64,000 bases of DNA, from assembly GCA_903813345.2 (NCBI GenBank), contig CAIIXF020000001.1:29450001-29514000 (forward strand), written 5' to 3'. Every line of letters begins with the position of its first letter. Within the stretch, counting starts at the first letter, position 1. The translations under genes were made by a program, and so were the position numbers. This DNA is from Owenia fusiformis (taxonomy: Eukaryota). A model generated the notes under the pieces. It had not been told where the DNA came from. It saw nothing but the letters and a program-made list of their open reading frames with translations, and made no database searches. Positions 38,601-52,171 of the stretch are shown here, piece after piece.

Positions 38601-41600
38601 ATTTTGCTTTTCAGGTTATAAAAAATACTGGGTTCATGAAAGGTCTGTACAAAGAAGATGAAAGCAATTCAGATAAAATCAAGGTATGTAAATGAATATT
38701 ACATTTTCCGTATCTGTTTTTATTCCATCCCATTAAAATTTTTGTAATTGTTAAAGTTCAAAAGTGAAAGGATTTTTGTAAAGTGCCCAACACGTGTCTC
38801 CAGTCCCATTATCACCTGCTATGTATACCAAGGGTGAAAATGCAATATATTAATATCATCATGTAAATCATTTTTCTCACTCGCCCATGTTAAAATGCCA
38901 TTTTTGTTTTCAGGATAAGGATAGCAAAGTTGCTTTCCTGCAGAAAACTATCGACTTCATTGGTAAGCATTTCAAGATGATTATTAATTACATGTGTAAG
39001 CTGTTGTTGGAATCCAGTTGAAAATCACTAAGTTGACTCATAAGAATGGTAATTGGCAGTTTCATATATTTCATAGGCAGAATACATTGTAAACTAGTCA
39101 AGAAGGTAAATTGATAAATTGGTAACTACAAAATTATTAACCTTATAGAATATTTGGAATTTTGATATTGCCCCCAAATTTCTGAAATGATCAGATTTTA
39201 AAAAGCCATGGGATTTTGCCATATCAAAGTGATTGGCAATTAGAAAAAATTAAAGAGAGACCAGGATAGAAACTCTTAATCCAAATCGTTATTTTTACTC
39301 ATGTATAGCATATAACATTGTCCTCTGTTATGACATTCCTTTCATCATTGAGTTTCATTCCTAAATTGTCTATATGCCATTCATCAAATCAGAGGTCATA
39401 GAGGTCTGTTAAAAATAAAAATAAAGTAAGTACTGTACTTGTGCATATTAATCATTAAAATACACTGTTTTAGGAATGGCGGTAGGAAGGAAACTGTCTG
39501 TGAAATCATCTAAGATTGTTGCTGGACATGAACCTGAGAAAACAAATGAATTACTAGCTGCATTAGCAGAAGCAGTTAATAAAAAGGTAACATTTTATTT
39601 TGCTCACTTGAGTTACTACAATCACCTCACTTGTCTTGTTGTTCCTTTTAAGCTATCTTTCATTTAATTTCAAACTCAAATAATTGTTTTTTCATGAAAA
39701 CTTGTTTTATTGATATTTTATATGTTGCTGGATAAAAATGAACTGAAATAAATTATCTATATAAGTTATAAGTGTTTGATTTAGTACCTATGATTTCCAT
39801 TACTTATTGTAAATGATCTATGTGTATTCAGCCAGACAATGCTGCCCTTTTAAAGAAGTTTCTTGGGGGTGGGGAGTCTGATGAAAAGAAACCACCAAGT
39901 GGTTCTAAACGTGACAAAGAAAAAGATGAAGAGAGAAAATCCAGTTCCGATAAGAGGAGGCGTGAAAAAGAGGTAAGGGACTTAACTAATATATATTTCA
40001 TCCAGGGTGTGTAGCTTATGCTGATTAAAATACCAATGATTGGTATGGAATTTGGGTATGTAATATTGTAATATTGTAATATATATATGTGTTCTTCTCT
40101 TTTTACTTTGGTAAAGGAAACCCTAAGTTAGAACATACATTGTTGCAAATGCTGCGAACCATAAAGAAAATACTAATTATTGAATGTACAGTATAAGCTC
40201 TATGATCTGTTTTTTTAAAACAATTTTGTTGCTTTCTTAATTATCTGGCTGTTTGCTTTAGGATCGCAAAAGTAGTGCAGATAGAAATAGATCTGAAAGT
40301 AAAGACAGGGAGAAGAAAGATCGGGAGAGTAACAGTAGAGAAAAGAAAGACAGAGAGAGCAGTAGTAGGGAGAAGAAAGAAAGAGAAAGCAGTCGGGATA
40401 GAGAAAAGAAAGACAGGGAAAAGGATAAAGAAAGAAGAAGGGTAAAGCATTGAATTTATGTTATATTTTATATGAATATCTTGTGATAGAAGTTTAAAAA
40501 GATGTAGCTTGTCAAAATTTGTTATTTGCAAATGAGTATAAACAATATATTGACACTTGAATGAATATAAACAGTATGTAACCCGGGAATTTATACGACT
40601 AACTTCCTTCGGTGGTGCCAGAAAAATAGCACTTAAAACGAAATGATAAAATATTATAGTGGGTCACGGTTATGCCAGACACTTGTTAACCTTGACACGG
40701 TTGTTTCAGAATAACTCTTGCAGCAAGACCAGCCTGTCTCAGGCATCCTCCGCGAAGCGGTTGATTCTACCTCCGTGGCCTTCAATATACGTCTGCAGAC
40801 AATTCTGCAGTGATTTCTTACAATATTTCATGATTTTTGATATATTTAAAAAAATAGTGATTGAGCAAAGTATTATAATACATACCCCTATTTAATCAAG
40901 TATTTGACATGTCAATTGTAGATAAAAGCAGACTATTCCATCCAGATTTGGGCTTTTTCGTTTTGCTCGCCGTAGTGTTAATTCCTGGACACTGACATGG
41001 GAGTAAGAAATTTTAATTTCCGATCAAATATCTACCATTATCAACGAATATAATGAAATAATGGAGCATGTTATATCCACTAACTATCAAATGATCGAGA
41101 AAAATAAAATGGGAAAATTTGCGCTTAAGAGCTGAGAAAACGATCACGACTAACATTGAGATTGCCATCCTCCTTGTCGAAAAGGTGGAGTTAAAATTAC
41201 GGGATTCTTCGAGAAAAAGCACGTGAATTTCGGCTTTTGCTCGGTTAAATCCGGGCAACTGGCAACATTTTGTATTCAAACCCACCTCCATGAGTGGAAC
41301 AATTTTCTACACAGTTCAAATAAACTTCTGTAAGTGGAATAACTCCAGAGAGTGGTACACTATTTTGGATACCAAAGGCTTCCAACTGAAATACGTGTAT
41401 CATCCTGTACTTGGAGATCTTGTATTGGAAAATTGGATTTTTCTTTGTCCTATGAAAATAATTTTTGAACACACAGAAATAAATTATATATTGTTGATAA
41501 TATTTTTTCATATCAGAGGAAAGAAAAAGAAGATGAGAAAGAGAATAAAGAAATAGAGCAACCAATGGTGAATGGAGAGAAAGAAGATACAGAGGTAGGC

Positions 41601-44600
41601 TAATATAACATAAATGTTATATCATCTATACATAAATATATAAGATGCTTCTTGCACAATCACTTGACTGTAATGTTTAAGAATAACATGGAATTAAACT
41701 GTAAAAATCAAAATTTTTTACAGTTCATAATTAAACAAAGTATTGTTTGGTAATGTTTTATGGAGGGTAAAGGCGCATAATTTATGATAATGTCTATCAT
41801 TTTGTACTTGATTCTGATAAAAAGATTGATTTCTTTTAATACAGTATAATATTATATAAACACTGGTGAGGGATTAGTATCACAAAATACAACAATTTTG
41901 TCCCCAAATATATTTTCCAGAGGAAAAAGAACTCAAAATCATCAAAAAGTGGCTCTAAAGAGTCGAAGGTACCAGTGCACCTATCGGATGTCTCAAAAAA
42001 TGTACCCAAAAGTATATCGACAGCACAGATAAACCAATAAATATTTTCAGACATTTTTTGCATCGTTATATATGAAAATTTTCTCCACAATACACCTTTT
42101 TATTTCAGTCTTGCCTTTTTGATGATATTTTTTATACCACATAATCAATGTAACCTCATATTTCGATGACAGCCTGTATCCTTACTGCAATCACATTTGA
42201 TAATAATTCTGGCGGAATCTTTTGGATTTCTCTTTGGATGTTGCCCTTAAGTTATTCTAGGTCTTTTTGTTTGGAATGAGCATCAAAACACTCCTTCAAA
42301 TAGCCACAGAGAAAGATGTTTGAGGATGACGATGGCAGAGCAAACACAGAGAATCAGGTCAATTATCGGCAAATGATTTAGGAGTTACCTTCCAGAGTTA
42401 TGCATGCTAGCCTTGAGACCAAATGATATCCAAATGAAAACACAGTTGTCTCGGATTGATTGATCCCCTCTACACACAACAGAGGCTACACTAGAATCCC
42501 AACCAACGCAGTTTCTTGAACGTCTGACCTCTGTATAAGGGACTATAAGACATTGTGAGGGCCTCCCTATTCAACAGATTTGACGGCCCATACTTTTTTC
42601 TCTGGTGCTATTTGAAGAACCATTTTTATGCTAAACCCAAGCTAAGAGACCTAGAACAACTTAAGATCAGCATCTGAACAGAAATCAAAACGTTCGACCA
42701 GAAATATCAAATGTGATGAACAATGTAGTTGTAAGGATGCAGACTGTCATCGAAATAAAACTTACATGTTTTGACTACAAGACCATGCAAAAAATGTCTG
42801 AAAATATTGATTGGTTTGTCTATGCTGTTAATATATTTTTGAGTACATTTTTTGAGACACCCTATATATACATGTAGATAAGAATATGGACTATTGTCTC
42901 ATCAGTTTGGTTGAAGTTGAACCAGTTTTTGCATGTTGAGAGATTTGACTTTGATTACCTTGTGTTATGTTATTTGATGTTTGTTAGCGCGTTATGAGAC
43001 ATATTAATTCTCAAATTGTGATCTCAGGTATCAATTTGAAACACATACGGTGATGAATCACTTAAGTTCAATTTGTTGCATCATTAAAGAATTAACCCAA
43101 GCTTAGATATATGACACAATAAATCATTAGGTGTAGGGTTTTGTTAATAATGGCATGACTATGAAATATACATTAATTTTATGTTAACATAATGCATGTA
43201 GAGTTAATGCATGCTTGCCAATATTGGGAGTTGGTAATGGTGGAGGATAATGAATTGAACAATGTTAGACAAGCAGCATGATGCTTAATTTAAATATTGA
43301 TAATTATAATAATTGATTAGTACATTATTTATTAAATAGTGATTTCAGTGATATGCATTTGATTGACACAAAATGATGGAAAATGGAATGGAATGTTTTG
43401 TAGTGTCAAAAGTGTTGCTTGTTCTTTCTGCATCCTACAAATCAAATAAAGAGTATACTTTTTCAAATCGGCTTTTATTTTTACTATCCTATGCTGTCTG
43501 CTATAATTTATCTGAAAGGTGATGTAATACCAAATAAGCTGATTTTTTTTAGTAATTCTTCATCCAAATACATGTTGCATGATTATACATAAAATGTCAA
43601 CCTTGTGCATACTTCTGACCTACCAATCACATATGATATGTCTTTGTGTGATTCTTTACTTTTATTTATTTTTTTTGTAGCGAGACCCACCGGCAAGAAT
43701 TCCCCGTCCATCATCAGCTAAAGGTTCTCGGAGGAGACACAGAGATGGTAGGCTGCTTTTATAGTGAATATTCAATAGAATGATTAAGATAATGTACACA
43801 GTATTGTACAGCACAGTTGAAATCACCAGGGAGGTAGCTCCATCTAGCCTCTACCCAGACCACCTGTAAAATGCAGAAATATTTAGTAATCATTTTCTCA
43901 CGGATATCACACTGGCAGTCTTTTCCATGAAAGATCTAGAGATGTAGAGAATTGCTCACATATATGCCATTTTGATGTCACTGAGGAAAGAATGCACCTA
44001 TGTACCTATAATTACGTCAGGTGTTTGTTTGGAGAGAATTGGTGTCTAATATTTACAGTTTGCAAAGCCTAAAATAGTAGTTTTTCTTGAGAAATTGAAT
44101 GCAATTTTAATTAACTTGTGGATCTTATAATGAGAGTTGATTTGCATGATGTAGTTTGATATAAAAATCTCTATCATTGCACTTGTCTATATTCTAAACA
44201 CCTTGACCTTAATCTACATTATCCCACCAACCAAAGTTCGCGTAGGGGTAAAAACAAGTAAAGCCATTTGTACATCCCTTTGTCTGAAATTCGGCTCAAA
44301 TTTTATTGACTTATGCCTAATGACCATATTACCCCTGCTGCTTGAAGATGGCTTCTCATGGCCAAGGAATTTCCAATTGAATATGACTGCACATTTCAAA
44401 AACTCAAATACCATTTGTTTGATTTGTATGGCAATGCCATATGGGCTCGAGGATGTAAGTCATGTCTTTGATGTCATGTATGTAATTCAAAACCATGGTG
44501 CAACTGCCTGGTTATATCTATTATGAACTACATGTATTGATAATATGTGATTCGGTGTGATTTGCTACTCATGCAATGAGTTGGTATTATTTCCTAGTTT

Positions 44601-47600
44601 TGGGAGAAACTATCGGGGCATTTACCCCTGATTCTTGCATTTAGATCCTTTGACCCGAAAGACTCCTGATCTCCAACTGGCAGCCATCTTGAAATACTTA
44701 TTTTTAAGCAATAAAATGAAAACCAGTGACATGTGATGACAGTTTTTAGTAAATTGGGCACATATATGTCATACCATAGACATCGCTGTATTTCCCAAGA
44801 TTGGGGAGACCACTTTGCATTTGCACATGTAGGCCATACATTATATGCGGGTCACATACTACATGTACATGTAGGTCACATTCTATGTGTAGTCACATAC
44901 TACATATATGTCACTTACTCAGTACTCACTGGTCATTATGTTAAGATAAATACCCTTAAGTGAGTACCAGGCATATTCCAAAGAACATATCCAATGTTGT
45001 TTCAAATATTATACCTATTCAATGGGTAGTCTATATATAACAGTGTTAGAAATCTCCTGATACACTTTTTTGTTCTGAGAACATCTGTTCAGAGACCCAA
45101 AATTAAATGCTTTTGATTCTCCCAGAGTAAACAATATGGAAATGCCTGGTAGTCACACTCCACTAGAATTGGAGCTGTAATTCATGTAATCGTGTAAAGC
45201 ATAATTCACTTGCACAAGTTGTGGTTGAGTGTTTACCTAACCCATGCATGTTTTATCCAACAGGCCGGATCCGCGATTCAAGTGACGAAGGTAGGACTGT
45301 TGATAAGAATACATTAACAAATCTCTAGATTTTAATTTTTTGCATCAAATTTCATGTCATTCAATAAGTCTCGGGGAAATCGCATTAGTGATATGTTTCC
45401 AGTAACGTATTGAATGACTCAGATACGTAGATTCTGTTAACAGCATAACTCACTTTATTAGGAAAGCAATCATTCACTTTTTGCTTCTTATAATTTCAGA
45501 AAGTAGTTGTCTGGTGTAGTCTGTATTAGTTCAGCTTATAAACCCAATTATAACACATTCTTAGAAATAATTGTTTCAGATCATTCAATTCTGTAATTCA
45601 TTATTCATTCAGCTTCTGTCTCCGTTATTTTGTGATCTAGAGGTTTGTTTACATGTAACTGATCAACATATTATACTGAATTTCTTCCCCAACTAACCAT
45701 CATATCTGCCTTATTTGCATGTTTTAGATGTGTGTGACTCCTCAAGTAGAATTTATAGATTCATTCTTGACATCCTCAGGGTCCTTAACTCATTTAATAC
45801 GTTTTCACTCATAAAAGTAAAAAGCATACTGTTAAATGAGTGTATTCTTTGGGTCAGCAATAATACCTTGGTTCAAGATGACTAAAAAGGCCCAATAAAT
45901 GAGTTAAGTAGTCCTTGTCTGGAGAATCTTGCTTTGTAGTATTATAGGAGTAGTAAATCATATTTTGCCTGACTATGCTTTTTTATTATTGATATAGCAT
46001 TTTTGAATTTGACAATATGTGTATATTTGTATAGTATTACATAGTGCTTATGTATTAGGCTTCATATTTTGTCATGACTTGCTTGAATTCACATTTGATA
46101 ATGTATAATTTCCATAATAAATCTCACAAAAACTGGCAAAGGGAAATCTAAGCAGAATACTTTTATCTAGTCTAGAATTTATGATTAATATTATTATTTA
46201 GACTTTATGCTTTTGAGTAGATGTTGTTGACTGAAAATGCAATCGTTCATTAATATACATTTTTATCATTTTTTCTGCTTGAATATTGTAGGAAACAAAT
46301 CAATATAAATAAGTCAATTGATATGATTTTGACAGAAATAGTTTATACGACACAAAATTGAAATACAAAGAATAATTCTGAAGTTATTTAACATATTTTT
46401 ACTTTAAATGTTTCATAAAAATACTTGTCAGATGATCAGATTAAATGGTAAAACACCAAGATCAAAGCAAGTCGGTTCACTGATGAATGTCAAAACAAGT
46501 TTCATGATTGCCCAAAGCAAGTTGCTTGACTGATGAATGTGGAACATCAAAGCACTGACTAATCAAAACAAACAAAAACAAGTTGCATGACTAATTAAAC
46601 CATGACTGATATTTTTGTGACACTAAAAATATCTGCATGACCGATGATCATGTTGCAGATGATGAAGACTTTGACAAGGCTAAAGAACAAAAGAGACAAG
46701 AGGAGAATGCTGTTACTGTTGGAGAAGATGATCTCCCTCCCCAGGTCCTTGCTGCGTAAGTAAACCTTCTATGCAGTTGTCTAACATGTAGAAATCTAAC
46801 ATACAATCATTGTCATATAAACCTAGGGCTGTTTTCCACCAGTGGCAGTCAAACCAATTGCTGGGTAGATATCCTTCAAAAATCAAGTTGTCATGGTTGC
46901 CGTAACAGTGACATTGACATTAGTAAAAATGAGAGAAAAAAATGCCCTAACCATTTTTAAATGTAGAATTTTCAAAAATACAAGTTCGTCATCATTCAAG
47001 AATATTCCTCAACAAGTGAAATATCAAAAAACAAATTAGCTAGGCCTTGTCAAATTAAAACTAAGAGAAAACCACTCACTTTTCACTTTAGAATCACCTA
47101 TTATTGCTGAAATAGTTGCATTTGTAAATGTCACTACATTGTATGTGTAATAAATTTAAAGAAACAGAGCTGTGATCTTATTGTGTTACCTGACATTCCA
47201 GAAGGAAGCTGTCGAGGCCAGCCAGTGCTAGGCCTGCTGCACCAAAGGTGAAAAACAAAGACAAAGCTATGGAGGAACAAAACGCACCGTAAGTCAGCAT
47301 ATGTATTGTACACCTAAATCACTTATGATTAAATGGGTGATGGGAGGGGGGGGGGGGGTGATGCAACTCTATGACCATTTTGTCATGTTCATTAGACATG
47401 TTTCTGTATGTATGTTCTGATGAGTTCAGTATGGTTTAGAACATTATGGTACTTACAGTACAGTTTGGGGCCAGTAGCCAGCTTTTACAGGAGGCTTTTA
47501 TTACTGTACATATCTCATATAACACTGCTATATTTCATGGTTCCATCTTTACTGTACATATCTCATATAACACTGCTATATTTCATGGTTCCATCTTTAC

Positions 47601-50066
47601 TGTACATATCTCATATAACACTGCTATATTTCATGGTTCCATCTTTACTGTACATATCTCATATAACACTGCTATATTTCATGGTTCCATCTTTACTGTA
47701 CATATCTCATATAACTCTGCTATATTTCATGGTTCCATCTTTACTGTACATATCTCATATAACACTGCTATATTTCATGGTTCCAGGATTGGATCAAGCA
47801 ATGTGCCAAACCTGATAGTGGACAATAAGGATAGTGATGAGGATGATGATATGTTTGTCACCAAAGAGGAGGAACCCACCGTTGGTCTTGAACCTGAGCC
47901 TGAAACACACCAGGTGGAGGTAGATGAAGATGGAGATCATGGTATGGCTTTTTTCTATATTGTTTATCTTTGTTCATGTCTGAATATGAGGTATGGCATA
48001 CCACATGTGCAGGTCCAGTGAAATGGTCCATATGCCGAGAGTACAAATAATACAACACAATACTAATGCTTCACATTTGATCAAATATGCAGCATAAAAT
48101 AAAGGGATAAGCAGAACAATGTAGATTTTCTATATTTCTGAAGCTAGGGCCGTCGTAATTTAAAAAATACTTTCCTAGTTAAGGTTACCTTTTACACCAT
48201 AGTATGATGCATTTTACAGTTTCTTAAACTATATGTATAATTTTAAACTTTTCAGGTGGGCTAGTCAAGAAGATATTAGAAACTAAAAAAGAGCTGGAGG
48301 GTGGCAGTCAGAAAGCTCAGGCCAAGAAGACTGATCGAATAGTAAGATTGCGGATATATTCATTTTTATGTCACCACCAAAAAGTGGTGACATATTGTTG
48401 TGGTCTCCGTTTTTTTGGCGGCGGTTGGTCGTTCAACTTCCAATAATTTGACAAATACATGTATTGTATAGACTGACTTAAATTGTTTTTCAAAATTGTC
48501 TACATGTTTTCAGAACTTCAAATCTGACTTTATATTTAAGATTTGACCTTCAATGACCTTTTCAAGGTCAAAAAAAGGTCAAAAAGATATTTTTTCACCT
48601 TGCTTCAAATTGACCAATTTTTTTTCAAAATCATCTACAAGTTCTCAACAGTTCAAATCTGACTATAGATTTGACCTTCAATGATATTTTCAAGGTCAAA
48701 ATAGATTTGACCTTTAATGACCTCCTCAAGGTCAAAAGGTTTTTTTTCATCTTGCTTCAACTAGGTGGTGACATTTTGTCATGTTAATGCCCTGTTTATT
48801 TTAATTTTCTATACAGTTGCTTTGTGTTGTATATCTCTAGAGATAATATACATTTACTGTACTTATGTGCTTTATTTATGTATAATACTTCTCTGTCATA
48901 GTTTCACTCAACAAAGTAAAACTTGGACATTTTTGATCAATATTCATATCAATTGATTGTACCCATCAACCCTTTACAAAAGAGATCATGAATTAGCAAA
49001 TCTTTACTTTCATATCACAAGAAAATTATCTCTTCCAAGATCCCCTCAATGAAAAGTATTATATACTCCATTAATTTTGAGTGAGTAAAAACTTAATGTA
49101 TAATATGTAAAAACAATCATAAATGTTTATCAATGTATCACTCATTAAAAAGTTTATGATAAGCTCTTACCAGAGTAAATCATATCACAAGCTCAATCAA
49201 AAAACTAACTCCAGAAAAAAATTCATCATTACCATCTAATTTCAACCTAGGAAAAGACTATTGTGTAATTTCAGTAATTAATTCTTCATTCCAGGAAAAG
49301 CCTATTGTCTCAGACGCAGCCAGGAGAAAGGAGCGAGAAATGGTTCAGCGTGAAATAGACAAACTACGAACAAGTATACAAACTTTAACTCGTAGTGCAA
49401 ATCCACTAGGCAAAATAATGGACTATGTTCAAGAAGATCTTGATTCAATGCAAAAAGAATTGGAAGTTTGGAAGAAAGAAAATAAAGATAACACCAGATC
49501 TCTTCAACAGGAACAAAGGTTTGACATTTCTCAATGATTCTTTGTTTTATTTTCATATTATTCATTTGAATGATCAGATTAAACAGATATTAAGTGTAAA
49601 ATTGCAATTTGGGCACAATACTGTATAAGTGGTATTTAATCCGAGTGGTTATTTTTCCGAATGGTCAAATTTCATCATTTTCCTAATTTTAATTTTCCTA
49701 ATGACAAGAAACCTCCCATTGGATAACATTATAAAGACAATATTTCCGACATTTAATTTTCCGAACCTGGCAAAAATTAGGAAATAGGCAAATTAAATGA
49801 TTAGGAAAAATTACCACTTATACAGTATGCATCTCATTTATTTAAATTTCAATATGAAAGCTTTCTCAGTGCTGTCCATTTATTTAATTGCTCTTAATTT
49901 TTCTTGCAGCATAACTGAATCCTCTGTGGAGCCACTTAAAGCCCAGTTAGCAGAGATAGACCAAGCAATAGTAGATCAACTCGACCTCATTGCAGCTGTC
50001 AAATGTAACATTAAAAAGAACGATGATAAAATCGAGAAAATGCTGAGTAGCGTAACAAAATCCTGA
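35635..50066 (+). CDS. TRAF3IP1: TRAF3-interacting protein 1 / intraflagellar transport protein 54 (545 aa, or 554 aa with the microexon)
   Basis: Exons 35635-35769, 38615-38683, 38914-38962, 39474-39586, 39832-39972, 40262-40441, 41517-41594, 43681-43747, [45264-45290], 46659-46755, 47202-47288, 47787-47941, 48256-48341, 49295-49518, 49910-50066; phases consistent. CH-domain motifs [10 protein letters not shown] and [15 protein letters not shown], an R/E/K-rich linker, [24 protein letters not shown], and the C-terminal coiled coil [19 protein letters not shown]. Confidence 0.95.
35908..36529. mobile_element. TcMar-like MITE
   Basis: TA|GGGGAAGTGGTCCTAATTATCGCACGG...CCGTGCAATGATAGGACGACTTCCCC|TA, with internal GTCCTAATTATCGCAC repeats. 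Confidence 0.7.
36654..36873. mobile_element. Tc1-like MITE
   Basis: TA|CAGTTGGGGACATAAATAAATGACAGGT...ACCTGTCATTTATTTTTGTCCCCAACTG|TA. Confidence 0.75.
36970..37375 (+). mobile_element. Helentron/HINE-like element
   Basis: Asymmetric sub-terminal inverted repeat TACGAAGGCC / GGCCTTCGTA, a 5' hairpin and T-rich flanks. Confidence 0.45.
41984..42864 (+). mobile_element. Decayed Tc1/mariner-superfamily transposon
   Basis: ~85-bp TIRs, TA TSD; remnant PPYSTDLTA / [12 protein letters not shown] at ~42560-42640 corresponds to the WPPxSPDLxPxDFFLWGYLK motif. Confidence 0.8.
47501..47785 (+). repeat. 48-bp minisatellite, 6 copies, at the acceptor of the IFT54 exon starting at 47787
   Basis: Unit ACTGTACATATCTCATATAACACTGCTATATTTCATGGTTCCATCTTT, starting at 47503, 47551, 47599, 47647, 47695 and 47743. 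Confidence 0.95.
48362..48797 (+). mobile_element. Helentron/HINE-like element with internal satellite units
   Basis: Sub-TIR ATGTCACCACC / GGTGGTGACAT, a 5' hairpin, ~2.5 units of the 24660 satellite, and T-rich insertion flanks. Confidence 0.7.
49621..49825. mobile_element. TA-flanked MITE
   Basis: TA|CTGTATAAGTGGTA...TACCACTTATACAG|TA. Confidence 0.75.
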
Positions 50067-52171
50067 GATTCAAAAAATGAGGAAGACACCGCATCTGTAG
50101 GTTGATTATTCTCGAGATTAAGACCTGGAGTTGAACATGTGCAGTTTCGTTCATCTTGCTGTTGACACCTCACATTGCAGTTGAGCATCCTTATAATGCT
50201 TGCTTTCCATTCTGAAGTTTTCAAACATCACATATTGACTGAAATGGAAGGTTTGAAATATGGGAAAGGGGGTCTTCATGTAAGATTACAGACTTTGCTT
50301 TAAATGATCAGTCGGTGCTCACTAGTATTAGAAAGTTGACTTTATTGTAATGTACATTAACTTTAGGTCCCACTGACAGTCCACTTTCAAGTGGCAGTCT
50401 TTGTAATTATTTTCCTAAATCACCCCAAGATGGTTTCAATTCATAATGATCAGTATATGCCACAGCAATATGCAACTGAAACAGAGTCTCACCTCTCACT
50501 TTTTAAACTTAAAAGGCAACTTATTCACATACTACATTAACTTTTTCAAGCTTCAAATCAAAATCTACAGAAAAGACAATTTTTAATATAACTCTATTGG
50601 TGAAATTACAGATCATTGTGAATTACACATTTAGGATCGCAGTTGAGTTACAGAGATGGCCCTCTTATATCTTAAGTGAGTTGCACCTTCATGGAATTAG
50701 GCTGTTTTATTTAGCCATTTACATCAGGGGTTAATGATAACACATATTTTCAAGCCAACATGAGTATGAATTTTCATACAATTTTAGAAAAAAGTATAGT
50801 GATATTTTAAATGTAACACTCTTTGAGGAGGTACATTCCATTATTACCTAATAGTCTGTAACTCTTCAGAAAGAGGGCACATTCTGTCTTTGAAATATTT
50901 CTGTCTTTAAAGTGGCTATTTATTTTACAGACATGTTTCTTTTTCGATGTTATTTCTTCTCTTTGAGTTGCTGTCAAGTCTTGAACTCTGAATAATATGT
51001 TATGGTGATATGTACTGTGTTTTTGTATTAAAGCAGTATTCTACATATTGTATTCACTGTTTGTTTAAAGTTTGTCAGCTGTTATTCAGAATACAGATAT
51101 TGTTGATGTATTTATATTAGTCACGATGTTCAAGCATTCAGTCATGATATGCTTGGTGTTGTATCTTCTATCTTAATCATTTATTGTACATTGGTAATAC
51201 TCTAATTTATCTTGCATGAAGGTCTTTTTCATCATAAATTGTAAATATGAACATATAGATATTACATATTGAGACTAGTTATTATTTTGAAAATAAAATG
51301 GATCTCTTAATATTTATAACATAAACGTTTTTGTGTTGAAAATATCTTATTTTTTATATAGCAAAACATTGTGAAGAATTTTGAAAGAAAACTGTCCAAA
51401 TGCTTTGTGAATCTTAATGAAGAAATTTAACCCTGCTGTACATATAACAGGTACCTTTGTGTTTGAATTTTGGGATAGCCTCTAAAAATCAGTTACAGGC
51501 AAAGACTTTTAAATTAGCCTTGATATTATCTCATAATATGTTCTTATATAAATGATGTTGGAAAATGTTGAAACGGGAATCATAGAAATTTTGTTCATTC
51601 CAAGCTGTATCAGTTTATACACAGTGTCAATCAGATTGTGCATTCGCAGTAAAATTAAGGGCAGTTCAAATATGGGATCCAAAACAATATTTCATGAATG
51701 AATTCATTCCAGCTTCAATCTAATACATCAGTTTCAGGTTCAAATATCTTATTATGTTGAAAAATAATTCTGTATTGATTGTTGGCGTCTTTTCATTTTC
51801 GCATTATACTTTGCACAAAATTAATTTTGTTTGAAATAGCCATCAATAAATTTATAAAAATATTTATAAAAATCATGATCAGATTGTAAGTTGGAAAACA
51901 AAATAACATTTTATTTTGGTGATAGTATATTTTATTCATTCATGTTTTTGTTAGGAGCGGACTTATAGATCTTCGTTTGTGATCTAACCTTTCTGAGAAA
52001 AAATATTTTCAAAAATAATATTGAATAAATCCTGCTTTTGATAGAAGAAAAACATATTTTCTATTTTTAAAGAAAAAAATTGGTTAAGACTTGTAAAAAC
52101 GTTTGGCCACCCTATCCAAAGATCTAACAGTCTACACATTCATTGTTATTACAAATAATTTTATCAGCTCT

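Noticed and set aside
40241-40531. Hydrophobic 96-aa minus-strand ORF
   Set aside because: Antisense of the purine-rich IFT54 exon 40262-40441.
46430-46650. C/D-box snoRNA-like TGATGA/CTGA motifs in an IFT54 intron
   Set aside because: No canonical RTGATGA with a terminal stem; looks like a degenerate short tandem repeat.
47501-47785. CRISPR-like regular repeats (also 61984-62432, 25848-25921, 27020-27110)
   Set aside because: Head-to-tail tandem units with no unique spacers, no cas genes, and a eukaryotic intronic context.
47408-48021. 135-aa and 191-aa ORFs as stand-alone genes
   Set aside because: Their length comes from the stop-free 48-bp repeat; only 47787-47941 is an IFT54 exon.
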